Assembly (NCBI RefSeq): GCF_036321535.1
Contig: NC_087458.1
Coordinates: 6,944,001 to 7,008,000, forward strand
Reading direction: 5' to 3'
DNA: 64,000 bases
DNA from: Camelus dromedarius
Taxonomy: Eukaryota
In this document: positions 37,461 through 58,682 of the stretch, one piece after another
Layout: every line of letters begins with the position of its first letter
Numbering within the stretch: position 1 is the stretch's first letter
Made by a program: the position numbers and the translations under genes
Notes under the pieces: model-generated
The model's input: the letters and a program-made list of their open reading frames with translations, nothing else
Told to the model about the DNA's origin: nothing
Database searches by the model: none

Positions 37461-37860
37461 CAGAATCCCCGTCTGTCCTAGTCCTCCGAGATGTCTTTGA
37501 CCCGTGGTGACTGCCTCCTAGAAGCCCAGTTAGGCAAGTTTTAAAATCTGGATTTCTGCCTCTATCCTGGCGCCCAGACTAATAGCTATAGTAATCAGAC
37601 CTCTTTCCCAACCCTCATCTTTCCAGATCAAACAAGTGCTAACCTTGTAACTCTTCTCCATTCTAACTGGCAAGAAATGTTATTTCACCCATCACTACTC
37701 TCCTGGGATAAACTGGTAGCCTGACTATGGTTAACGTTGGAAGGTAAAATGGGACTCCCATTGTACCCAAACTCAGAAAGGTCGCCAACCTTCTCATCCC
37801 TCCACCCCAGTATCCCCAAACCTCAAACTCCAGGGATGGGGGTCAGATGAAGCACGTCAT

Positions 37861-37866
37861 TTTATT
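37861..37866 (-). terminator. CLK2 polyadenylation signal
   Basis: TTTATT on plus, about 320 nt after the CLK2 stop. Confidence 0.85.
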
Positions 37867-38183
37867 TCACAAAGACTGTACAAAATTCCTTATAAAATAT
37901 GGGATAGATGCCACCTGGTTACCTCATCCTGCCCCTATCCAACTCAACTGTGGAGGGGCAGGTGAGGGTGGGAAGTGTGAGATGGAATAGCATTATGTAC
38001 AAGGTGGGGTTGAAGCGATAGGTACAAGTTCTTTCATATTTACACTATTTCACATATTCACAGGTACATAGGGAGCCAGGAGAGAGTGGGCTCCGGCTCT
38101 GTTCTCTTGTATAAAAAAGCACCAGTGTCCTGGACTGGACACCCACTGCTGTTAGAGACGCAGCGGGGCCCAGGGCCTGATCG

Positions 38184-41100
38184 TCACCGACTGATATCCC
38201 GACTGGAGTCCCACAACTTGGCGTTAGGTGGCTCAGCCCGAAGGCGGGCGAAGAAAGGGTGCTGAAGGGCTTCGCCCAAGGTCAGCCGCTTAGCAGGTTC
38301 ATATTCTAGCATGCTTTCAATCAGATCGAAGAGCTGATGGTGTTCCTCTGCCTCCGAGGTCAGATATCGCTGGTGGTGGAGGTTGGGAAAAAGGTGAGGC
38401 ACGATGCCTTTTATAAACCCTGCCTTCTTCGTCAAGGCCCTAGCTTTCTTTCAATTCTGGAGGACCAAGGCTCTGCTTGCAACTATTAAGAACGCTACCT
38501 CACCATAACCACACCATGACCATTTCTGCTGTTACAGCTCAACCTACCCTCCTACTAGCACAATTATTCCTTCATAGTCTTTGAAAGTTCTATTTGTGTA
38601 TCCTTGTCAATTTCATGAATCTTCTTTAGCTCCTCATTAAAATGTAAGCTCTTCCAAAGTAATTTATTCTTTTCTGTCTGACCTAAAGAATCCAGGACAT
38701 TGCTTTCATCTCTGGTTGGTTCAAGAAAGACATGGCTGTCTAACCTCATTCCCTCCATAAAACTACTCTCTCTTATCTCTCTTCTACCAACAAAAGATGT
38801 CTTCTTTCAGTTGTCCTCCCCTTCTTTCCTAACCCTTTGCTTGTGAAATGCACTCCAGGGGCAAAACACCTTAAGAAGGAAGTAATCTCTGGGTGGTGGG
38901 CACTATTTATTCCCAGCCCGGCTCACCCGAAGTGGTTTGCAGTTTTCTCGAACGTAGCGTCCAGCTGACGTGTTCTCATCCCAATCCAGGCGACCCCGAT
39001 AAAAATATTTCTGCTTCCTAGAGGGGAAGGGGGAGGTTGAGGAATCAGGAGGTTCCTCTTGCTGTGGGATAACTCCCTTATTCCCCCATCTGAGAGTAGC
39101 TGGGGGGAGGGGAGATGTCAAAGAAAAAAGAAAATGATGTGATATAGACCAATTTTGTGGAGAGAAGAGGAAAAGGGTTNNNNNNNNNNNNNNNNNNNNN
39201 NNNNNNNNNNNNNNNNNNNNNNNNNNNNNNNNNNNNNNNNNNNNNNNNNNNNNNNNNNNNNNNNNNNNNNNNNNNNNNNNNNNNNNNNNNNNNNNNNNNN
39301 NNNNNNNNNNNGAACCAGGAGGGGATGCTGAGGACTAGCCACCAGGAAGATAGGCAGTGTGGAGGAGTGAGTAGGCAGGTCCTCAGCAGATAGAGAAATC
39401 AGGTAGGATAGTGCCTAGTGGTCACATAAGATATCCCACCACTTACTTGGAAGAGGGTGAAGCCAACATAGTATTCAAAGATGATGCAGCCTATGCTCCA
39501 CACATCACAAGGCTGTGACCAGCCCAACTCTGGGTAGGAATGAGAAGGAAAAGGTATTATGAGGCTCAGGGGGCCCCATCCTTACCACCACACCAACCCC
39601 AACATATTTGAACCACCTTGTTCTCCCCGCCTTACCGAGGATGACCTCTGGTGCTCGGTAATGGCGAGTGGAGACAATGGTACTATGGTGTTCATGGTCA
39701 AAGGTGGCACTGCCAAAGTCTACCACCCGCACAGCTGTGCTCTTCACGCTGCGCTCATCTCGCTTCTAGGAGCAAAGCAGGAAGAGAATGAACCTCTGCA
39801 CTGAGATTGAGAATGAACCAACCAAGATTCTACCACTATTCTCTGAAGTGCTCCTGAGCCTTAAAAAGCACCTCTGATCTCTTGCCTGCTCCCACACACG
39901 CCAGAGAATCTCCTGCTTTACAGCCTCCCGAATACCGAGCAGAGTACTTGCAGAATGGGAGAGGAAGAGGAATATGGAATAATTATGGAACAGCACACAT
40001 GCCCCTCTGCATCCGAAGAGTATACCCACGTGACTGGTATATAGTCTTTTGGAAAATATATAGCAGGTAGCAAAGGGAGAAAGAGCTTCCTTAGCTGAGA
40101 TCTCCATTATCTCCAGTTAGCCAAAGGAGCTGAGCTCTCTACAGAAAACCCAAACTAAGAACCTTAAAAGCATTTTCACTCTTTTGGAAAGTTAACAGAG
40201 GTTCTTTTGCCAAGTTCTCTTCCAATTTAAGTGTTACATCTCTCCCTTTCAATCTATTCTAGCACTCTGGTTTTACTCAGTCAGAGCCAGAGCAGAAAAT
40301 GTGGTAGAAAGAAATAAAAGACAGGACACAAAGGGCTAAGAGAAAGGCCAAGTGACAGGGACACCTGCACGCACTGGCCAAGGGGCAGAGCTTGTCCATC
40401 TTACCTTCTCTAGATTGTAGGTGAGCTCGTAGTCTGAATTCACAAACAGAATATTTTCAGGTTTGAGGTCCGTATGTGTCAGCTTGTTATCATGGAGGAC
40501 TGCAGAGGAGAAGGCCAGGTCAGGGCTGGTTCAGGTGGACAGGGCTAACTGGCACCAGCTGACCCCAGGCTTGGTCACCTAGCTTAAAGCTGGTGAGGAG
40601 GTAGGTCCACAATCATTAGGCTGCTTTCTGTTCTATATCCAAATGAAATGCCTGGTCTAAGAAGCCCTATACTTATTAATGTAAGATATATATGTATGTA
40701 TCTCTCAACAATGTATAAGATGATTTGCTACGAGTTGCATTTTTGTACTGACTCTTGACATGTGTTTGACATCCTGTGAATTCAGCTCTGTGAAACCGTA
40801 TTGTTATGAAGACTCAAGAGGAAGTATGTACTAGTCTGGATCCCCTACCTGGCCCCTTGGCTGCACTACTCCCTGCCCCCACCTGCTTTGTTGGGATCAG
40901 TCAGCATCTCAGCTCAGACAAATATAAACTTCTAGCTTGAGGAATCTTTTTGTCTCTTTGTGCTTGCTGCATGGCTTACACTTTCCCAAGGAAGGGGAAT
41001 GAAGGAAAAAAAAAGAGGTAATTAAGTGCTTTGATTTCAAATGCTTTTTCTTCCAGCTCCTGCTAGGCTGAACGTGGAGTAAAAGCAATCAGTGATGGTG

Positions 41101-44100
41101 AGGACATCAGTGGAGGAGTTAAGTCAGAAGAGGAAGAGATGTCAACAGAACAGTGAATAAAAGAACTGCAGATAATCAAGTTGACTGTTTAGGGGCTTCA
41201 TCAGTGCACAACTGAGACAGAAGAGGTCCAACGGAGGGAGGGGCTGCCCCAGAGTCCGCCTCGGCCCGCCCCACTCACACTTGACGGCCTNNNNNNNNNN
41301 NNNNNNNNNNNNNNNNNNNNNNNNNNNNNNNNNNNNNNNNNNNNNNNNNNNNNNNNNNNNNNNNNNNNNNNNNNNNNNNNNNNNNNNNNNNNNNNNNNNN
41401 NNNNNNNNNNNNNNNNNNNNNNNNNNNNNNNNNNNNNNNNNNNNNNNNNNNNNNNNNNNNNNGGAAGGGGGATGTCTGATGAGCTCCCTTCTGCCCACCA
41501 CCCCTCCAACATAGAGGGACTGCATAGCTGCTGATTCCACACACTTGTGTAAAAACATGCCAGCTAATATCACCAAGAAAATTCAGTTCAGCTAGGGAAT
41601 GGCCTTTCTGGCAGATCCAAGAAGAGATGTACTACCTGTCATGTTTCAAACTATTTTCCTACATTTTAAATAGCTAAAAAGAAAAAAATTGTATTTGCTG
41701 AGGAGCTGCTAAGTACCAGGCTCCAGTGTGGATCACGAATTGTCAAACTGCCACTCCTACATCCTGACCCCAGCTCCCAGCTCTGAAAGTCACTCACCAT
41801 CAGCTATCATTGAGCCCATCTTTATGTCTATTATGCCTTTAATAGTCTTATTCTATACTTGGATTATGGAAAGTGTGTGAACAGAAATATTAACACATAA
41901 ATATCTGTGGCCTTCTCAGCATAGTTCTGGGTATTAAAAGCTCAATTAATTTTTTGATGAAAATGTTGATTCTCAGTCTCAGGGCCATTTCTGGGCATAT
42001 CCCTCCTGGGCTGGAGCCAAACTGTGGAGCAATTTGCCCTCAAAACAAGGAGAATGGATTAAAGAAGAACACAGGCCCTTCCTTCCTGCCCTAATGTTCT
42101 ACTGCTCTAAGATGATAAATTAAAGACGAATGGATGAGAAGGTCTAGGACTCCCCTGCCTGCCTAACACAGGTCAGGAAGGTTTCCTGTATAGGGATGGA
42201 GCCGCTTAGACTCCCCACATACTCCTTTGCTTGCTTACTTCTTGTTGTCAGGGTCCTTCTCATTGATTTTCTCCAGCACGTTGATTTCAAGTCGAGCTGC
42301 TTCCTTGTACTTTTCCACATTTTTAATGATCTTCAGGGCAACTCGAGCCCCGCCCCTATAGAATAACAGAAGAGGCTTTTGGTAGAATCTCAAGAACATC
42401 TCAGACTGAACAGGGGATTAAGAAATTCTACCTTTGGCTAATCAGCAAAAAAGTCCCAGATAATCTCCCTACCTCTTTACACCTAGCAGACGTGGAGTAC
42501 AGAGGGGGCTGACAGTTACCTGCGATGGTCAACACACTGTACAACTCGGCCGAAGGTCCCCTCTCCCAGGGTGCTTACGATTTCATCTGAAATGAAAAAG
42601 AGCAGGGTCGGGGAGAGGGAGGGAGAGAAGGTGGGGAATGAGCTGAGTTGGAAGAAAAAGGGTACAGCAACCTGGGGTGAGGAGATGAAGGAAGGGGGAA
42701 CAGATACAGATGGTCACAGGAGGAGAAAACCCCTGCGTGATTCCCACCACCTTTAACCCAGGGGCCATGAGAGCTGGAAGTGGACAGCAGAGGTCAATCT
42801 CAACAGCAACTCAAACCACCCAGATAAACAACACCACTGAGAAGAGGCAAAAGAGGCTGTGACTTGNNNNNNNNNNNNNNNNNNNNNNNNNNNNNNNNNN
42901 NNNNNNNNNNNNNNNNNNNNNNNNNNNNNNNNNNNNNNNNNNNNNNNNNNNNNNNNNNNNNNNNNNNNNNNNNNNNNNNNNNNNNNNNNNNNNNNNNNNN
43001 NNNNNNNNNNNNNNNNNNNNNNNNNNNNNNNNNNNNNNNNNNNNNNNNNNNNNNNNNNNNNNNNNNNNNNNNNNNNNNNNNNNNNNNNNNNNNNNNNNNN
43101 NNNNNNNNNNNNNNNNNNNNNNNNNNNNNNNNNNNNNNNNNNNNNNNNNNNNNNNNNNNNNNNNNNNNNNNNNNNNNNNNNNNNNNNNNNNNNNNNNNGA
43201 AGAAAGAGCGGCGCATAACCCAAGTCCCCAAACCCAAAACGGGAACAGGGAGAGGCACGGGCAGAGCAGAGAAGTGGTGTTGTTGCCAATGTCACCCACA
43301 ACCCCATGCTCTACACAATGCCCTTCCAGGTGGGCACAGATCTCCCATTGCCCCCACCCAAGCCCACCTGCTGAGGGGGCCGTGGAGCCCAGGGCTTGGG
43401 GGAGAAAGGCAGTTCACAAGCAAGGTCCCCACTAGAAAGTGGAAGCCTCTGGGGTGGAAGAGCTGCTCCCAATACAGTCAGCCCAGCATGCCAGGGAGGG
43501 CACTGGGGTTCACAAATGCTCTGTGCCCATCCATCTCCAAAGCAGATTCAGGGCCCTCCAAGAGTCGGAGAGCCTCCAAGAGAGTAGACACTCAGTGCCC
43601 ACCTCAGTGTTCATACCCCAATGCTTGGCTGAGAAGAAGGATACTTCTCACTTACCGGGGTCCCAGAGGGCTGAAGAAGAGTAAGGAGAGGAAGGGCCTG
43701 GGCTGGCACTTACCGAAGACGAGCGGCTGAATGTCCGGCTGCGTCGCCTTCGCCGTCTATGCTTCCGCCGGCTGCTGCGCTGGCTGCGGTAACTGCTGTT
43801 CTCCCGATGATATTCGTAGGAATGCCGGTAGTCCGCGTCGTAGTAGGCTTCTCCCCGATCCCGGCTGTAGTCATTGCGCCTGTAGCTGCCACAGTATCGC
43901 CGGTCATATGCCCTCCGGTCTGATGAACGATCATCATAGCTGCTGTTGGACGACAACACCATTAGGTGCATCTGTTCAGGCCACATTCCTTGCCATACCA
44001 TGTGACAAGGCCCTCCCTCACCGAGGACAAAGAGTAATGCTAGAAAAGTTGCTCTCACACACTCAAGTCACTCTGAGAGGACCAAGACCCAGGGCAGTGA

Positions 44101-44869
44101 TGTAACCAAGCACAGAGGAGGATCCCCACACCTGCATGTCACCAAACCTCTGAAAAGACATCTGCAGAACAACTCCTTCTGAGAGCCTCCTCCTCCCCTC
44201 CAGTGATGCAATGGAACAAAGAGCCGCTTCTTTCTCCAGCCTTTCCTAACTGATACCTAGCTTTGCTCCCTAACTATCCCTAACCCATCCCTCCCACTGA
44301 ATATGCTGCTAAGTTATTAAAACTCTGCAGCTCTATATTTGTCTTGTCTGTTAACTCGTTCGTTAGTTACCTCTAGCCCCAAGTCTTTTGCATTTGCTCT
44401 CCTTTGTCTAGGACACTTCTCCACTGTCTTTTAGACAAGCTTAGGTGTCACCCTCTCTGGGAAGTTTTCCCTGAACTACACACATTGCCCCACTCCAACC
44501 AAACCTGTGGGAAGCTTCCTCAGCCCCTTACTATATACTTTCTCCACGATAATACTCTTAACACCACAGTGTAAATGGCTTATTTTGTCATCCATTTTGA
44601 CCATCCCCTTCCCCCAGTTGCTTAACATGAAACCAATAAATCTGTGCTGAATACATAAACGACTGGGCCGAGTATGGGTTTCTCTTCCCGAAGCCTCACC
44701 TCCGGGAACGGACGTGGTAGCTGTCTTCCCGCCGGCGCCGCCGAGTCCGGTCACTGCTACTTGACCAGGAGCGGCTTCTTCGTCTCTTATGCTTTCGGCT
44801 CCGGTAGTGTTCATGGTAACTCCCCCGGCTGCCTCGCTCTGAAGAGTGGTACCTTCGAGGATGAGGCAT
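38184..44869 (-). CDS. CLK2: Dual-specificity protein kinase CLK2 (LAMMER family), about 500 aa
   Basis: Exons on minus: ex2 44869-44700 ([16 protein letters not shown]), ex3 43942-43714, ex4 presumed in gap 42867-43198, ex5 42586-42520 (LGEGTFG), ex6 42355-42239 (VALKII), ex7 3' end at 41279 with the rest in gap 41291-41462, ex8 40499-40405 (HTDLKPEN), ex9 39765-39636 ([12 protein letters not shown]), ex10 39529-39447, ex11 presumed in gap 39180-39311, ex12 39017-38927, ex13 38369-38184 (WDSSRDISR*). Confidence 0.96.
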
Positions 44870-46446
44870 CTGGAAGGGAAGGTAAAATTAGAAATAGTGG
44901 GGCAGCTCTGAGTTTTCAAAAGTCTCTTCCAAGGACTGGCTGCTCCAGAGATGTTAAGCTGCCTTCTGCTCTTCTATTTCTACCTCTTTTGGCCACCCAC
45001 AACTCCCTTGGTTTTCCTCTGTTCTCAAAATCCCTTCTTAATAAAGTATATATTCTACTAATGCTGGCTGAAAAATTTAGGAAGCTTCCTCCCACTCAGC
45101 TCACTGCTCTACTCTGATTTACCTCAAACATGGCTTCAAGAAGATACTCAGGTGTGGGCCAAAGCTTATTACAGCTCAGACTGTGTAACTGATAGAGACT
45201 GCCACAGTTCATCCTTGGCTGAGATCTAGAAAGTTCCTCACAACTCAACAGCAAGAGAACAATGCTTTAGTATACGCTATTGTGACAAATATTTACAATC
45301 ACTGAAAGTGGATCTCATCTCAACTAGACCATCCATGTCCTGAGGGTAGGAATCCAGTTTTACCAGGTTTCTACACATAGTAGTGTATACCAAATAAAAG
45401 CAAGTTCCAGGGATCTGAGTCTGGCCCCTTGGATTACCTGAATCTTCTCTCACATCACTGGCAAAAAATCCCCCTTGAATGATTTTAATACAGGAGGCCC
45501 CAAACTGCAGTCAGCTTCCCATCCGGCCCCTCCCTTTTATGCTAAGAAGTAGAGAATAATTGGTTGTTAATTAATATCAGCACTAGTTGGCTAAAAGCTG
45601 GCCACCTTCCAGGTATTGGAATCGCAATAGCATGGTGCACAAATTCTTTTTTTCCTTCAAGGAAAGAACCAGAGAGAAATCACTGTCACAATCCAGGAAG
45701 ATGAGAAAAGGAAAGGAGAATAGAATTAAATATGCCCAGAGACATAAGTCTTGGGGAAGGGCGTGGGTTAGGTGTGGATAAAGCTCCAACATCTGGCTCC
45801 CATTCTGAACTAATTTTCAAATTGAGGAGGACGGTGGTAATTGATTCATTCCTGGCCTATCAGGGCTTGTAGGAAACCAAGAAGATGCAATCACCAGATT
45901 CTCCCACATAATTCAACCTTGATTAGCATTGCCACATTTCATCTCATCATCTTCTCACATACGTACTGCTACCAAAGTCCCTCACAGACTTTCCTCTCTC
46001 CCATCCCCGTAAGTATCTGCAGCCTACAACTTTCTCAACTTGTCTTTTTTTTTCTCTTTCTCAGAAAATCCAGTACTAACCCTTAGAGTCAAACTCTTGC
46101 CACATCCTCCAAGAGACACGGCATTGTGTTCTCCCTCTCTAACTTTGGTCCAACTTTGATATTATGCTCTTTCTCGTCTCTGGAACCACTCCCATCTCTG
46201 CTCCATCACTCCTCTTCTACTTTGGTCCCTCCCAACTTTCCTACTGGTTTTCCCGAAAACATCTAAGGCAGATCGACCTTCCACTTCATCTTCCTACTCC
46301 TCACCTCTGCCACTTCAGAGGTCTCAGCCCTTCCCCTCTCCTAATCTGGCCCTGGCTCCTTGCCCCCCAATCCAATCTTATCCCTGCCCGCCCCGCAGTC
46401 GCCATCTTTCCGCGCGGCCCCGCGGCCCGCCAGCCCGCGCGCTCAC

Positions 46447-47080
46447 CGTTCTGGCGGCGAGGCCCGTGCGCTTGTCCCACAGGAAGTCCGTGATGGCGGC
46501 GGCACTGCGGCCGGAGTCCCGGCACCCCCGCGGCGACGAAGTGCGGCTCCACCCCCCCAACCCGAGACCCTGGGACCTCCCGCCTCGTTCCCGGGCTCCG
46601 CTCCAGTCCCGCCCGCCCAAGCTCCGTCCCCGCCCCCAGGATCGGCTTGGCGCCGCTCGCACCGCCCCCGCCCGGGGCCCGATCCCAGCTCGGTCTCCGG
46701 CTCTGGCCTCTCCGATCCGCCGCCGCCACCGCGAGCGAGCACGTACGCACGCACGCACGTCCTGCGTCGCTTCCCAGCCACCCCGGGGCTCCGCCCCTAA
46801 GACCGCGCACGCCACTGCGTCCTCGCGTAGCTAGCCGTCTTCCGCCTGTGAGAGCCGAGAAGGTGCTGGGGGCGGAAGTTCATGGGGGCGGGGAGAGAGT
46901 CGCCGGGGATTGCCAGGCTGGTGCATTCCCGCCTCGTGTCTTTCCGTATCCTTCCTCACTTCCGTACCCTTCCTCAATCTTTCACCCTTTTCCTGAGACT
47001 TCTTTGGCTTACGTTGTTAGGTTTGGAGGTTGAAAAGGAGGGGTGTCGTTTACGGAGTGTTGCCGCTCCGTAAACCTCTT
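46447..47080 (-). promoter_or_regulatory. CLK2 non-coding exon 1 and CpG-island promoter
   Basis: Donor CAGAACG|gtgagc at 46447/46446; ETS GGAAGT/ACTTCC motifs at about 46875 and 46958; very high CpG. TSS not resolved. Confidence 0.8.
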
Positions 47081-47449
47081 GAGGCTTGGTGGTGAGGTCT
47101 GATTCTCTAGCATAGCCTGTAAATGGCCAGTTCTTACAGTTCGGCTACCTTACCAAAGCAAATACGGGCTCCCACTTTTAGTTCTGGACAAAAACTACGC
47201 ACGTTGTGGCGGAGGGGAGGGTATGGCCACAGAGGAAAGGTTTGAAAAATGCAGAGGTGGAAAATCGGGTGCTAAGATAGGGAAAGTCAGTTGAGAACTT
47301 TGTTATGTACTTACACATAATATATGAGAAGAGTAAGTTTACTGAATGGGGGGGGGGAGGAAAGAGGAGACCTTGAGACAAATTGAGCTGAGTTAGAGAC
47401 GCGGTATAAAGAATTTAGAAATAGTAAGGGAAATAGAGGGGAGCTAGGA

Positions 47450-48230
47450 TAGAGAATAGTCAATGGAGTTTATATAAGTTGGCCAGAAATGGTTTGGGAA
47501 AAGTTCCTTAAAATAGAAGAGGAAGGATAATGAAGAGGTTGAGAGGAAAGTGGAATTGCCTTCCTCCTCCATGAACACTTTCTCTTGTTTATTCAACAAA
47601 CATTTACTGAGTGTCCACCAGGTGTCCAGCATTATACCGGGCACAAGGCTTCTGTTATTCAGAGCGTCACAGTCTAATGGTAGAGAAAGACCTGTAATCA
47701 AATAATGGCAGCCTTTTGACGAGAGCTGTTATGAATGGTGGTGCCCTGGTCACTGTTAAGAAAACTCTAGACTAAGATTTAGCTGAGGAAGGGAGAGTTA
47801 GAAATATGTTTTTAGGTTTCCTAGAGGAGATGACATCTGAACTAACTGTTGGAAAGTGGATTGGAGCAGAAGAAAACCAGGCAGAGAAAGTATTTGCAAA
47901 GGTCTGGAGACAAAGCAAAACAAAGCATTTCAACAGTACTGGAGTCCTGGCTTTCACGAGAGGGACTATCAGCAGAGAGGTTATTGAAACTAGGTCCAAA
48001 TTTTGCAGGGCCTTGTATGTCATTCTAAGGAACTTAGTTGTAATCTATAGAAGACAGGGAAGTTTGAAGGACAGTAAACAAGTGATGTAGCTACATTTGG
48101 ATTTTAGGAGGGTAACTTTGGCGGACTGTGGGAAAAGAACTGGCCTGAGAGAATTTAGAGACCCATTTAGAGGCTTCTGAAATAATTTATGTGAAAAAGG
48201 GCTGAGGGCTTTAAATAAGGCAGTGGCAAT
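47450..48230. mobile_element. L2 remnant between the CLK2 and HCN3 promoters
   Basis: ttcaacaaacatttactgagtgtccacc...gtgtccagc L2-like end and downstream L2-like tracts. Confidence 0.55.
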
Positions 48231-48599
48231 AAGAAATGGAGATGAAGGGAAGAATTTGAGATATATTGGAACTTATAGTACTTTCCAGTACATAGCACTG
48301 TAGTTCACCTGTTCTGTCTGTCTGCGGGCATGGACGAGCAGTGACTTTATGGCTGAGACTGTATCTTCAGCGTCCACTCGTTGATAGGCAGAGTTGCTCA
48401 TGAAGATACATTCGGAAATGAAGTATAGAAGGAGCAGTATGGAGAAGGTCAGAAGAAAGGAATATCCCTAGGAGAGAAAAAGTAAAATGCAGGAAGTCCA
48501 TGAATGAGAGTGGGGAAATAAAATCTCAAAAGCCATTTCCCATCTCTTCCATTGGTTCCCAATTCCTCGCCCTCCCGATCCTCAACGAGCTACAACCAG

Positions 48600-49070
48600 C
48601 GGCCGATTTTCCCGCCATTCGCAGGCAGCTCCGCCTCCTTGTCACACAGTGGGGTTGAAGTCCGTCAACTCTAGGCCACGCCCTCTCCGGGGCTCTGGTT
48701 GCGTTTCCCCTCCTCTAGCTACACTTGAAGCACCGCCTCCACCAGCTAAGCCACGCCCACACCGGAGTTCCTCTGGTCGCAATGTTCGTTGGCCCCGCCC
48801 CCTCCCAGATTGGATGTGGGGCTGCCCCGCCTCCTCCTGCCCTGCCCAGACTTCGCGCGGTTCTCGCCAGGGGGCGCAGCGCAATCCGCCCGCCGCCCGC
48901 TGGCGAGTCTGTCGCACACACCCCCTCCGCCCCGCGCGCCGGCAGTTCCCAGTCGACTACGCCTCCGCTCCCAGCCCGCCGGGCTGCGCCGGCTCGGACT
49001 CCGGGGAGTCGGGGGTCCCGGATGGCCGCAGCAGGGTCTAGGAGGCCAAACGTGTAAGCTGACGGGAGTC
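48600..49070 (+). promoter_or_regulatory. HCN3 CpG promoter and 5'UTR with CTCF-like site
   Basis: TCGCCAGGGGGCGC at 48864-48877 (13/14 match to the CTCF core), GC boxes and ATTGG. Confidence 0.65.
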
Positions 49071-57804
<8,734 letters not shown>

Positions 57805-58596
57805 AATCTTTGGGTAAGCTCTCAGGTGCAATAGCATACACCTGAGGGCAGACACCTCTTGGGGACACCTGAAACACTGCCCTATGGGACTATCTCCCCT
57901 TACTACCAAGAAGATGGTCTCCATCCTCAGCTCAGGCGCCCTGCAGCCTGTCTGACATCCTCCTAATCCATTCACCCATTCATCAAACATACTGAGCATC
58001 TACCATGTTCAAGGCACTGTTCCAGGCACTGTATGTCTCCACTGCCAAGTAAATGTGACTCTAAGCCCTCTGATGAGGGTATTCCCCTGGCCACTGTCCT
58101 GCCAGGTGCAGGCCCAGGCCCATGATCCCATCTTACTAAGCACAAGTACTTGCCACCGCCATCACTGCCAAGTAACTAGATGTCTCTGTTTTCCTGCCCA
58201 TGACCTTGCAGGTTCTGCCTGGCATGGTTATCTTCCTGTCCTACTTGCATAGCTGGGCATTGCCAATTACCTGTGCCCCATTACTGTCAACAAACGTCTA
58301 GGGTTCCCAATGTGGACATCAAGCTTTACTACCATGTGTGGACCCTCCCTTCTATGTCCCAAGTGGGAACACCCATCTCCTTCCAAGTTCCCTGCCCTCT
58401 TTGTCACTGTGGTAGAATTGCCTTTTTGTAACTGTGAGCCATCTCCTCCCTGTGCCCCTGTCCCAGTGGTGTCCCCCTTGAAGGTAAGGGATTGTTGACA
58501 CTCCCTCATTTAGTGTGCCAGCCTAGATCCCCCCAGGTGGAGGGCAAGTGGCTGAATTCTTAGATACCAGTTTTTCTTTCTTCCCTCGTTTCCTTA

Positions 58597-58682
58597 TTTA
58601 TTTATTCTTATTTATTCAGTCATTTAATAATTGTATTTATTCATTCATTTGCTAATTTTATTTATTATCAGTTCATTTTATT
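58597..58682 (-). terminator. Cluster of AATAAA hexamers (minus), candidate PKLR polyA region
   Basis: At least 7 TTTATT on plus within 86 nt, about 1.2 kb beyond the PKLR stop. Confidence 0.6.

Noticed and set aside
42753-43730. Long X-filled ORFs such as 42864-43730 (+)
   Set aside because: Artefacts of N runs, which contain no stop codons.
46301-47033. Six overlapping 110-170 aa Pro/Arg/Gly-rich ORFs at the CLK2 CpG island (similar sets at 32.0-32.7 and 48.6-49.3 kb)
   Set aside because: Expected stop-codon depletion in GC-rich DNA; no recognisable domain, and several lack true ATG starts.
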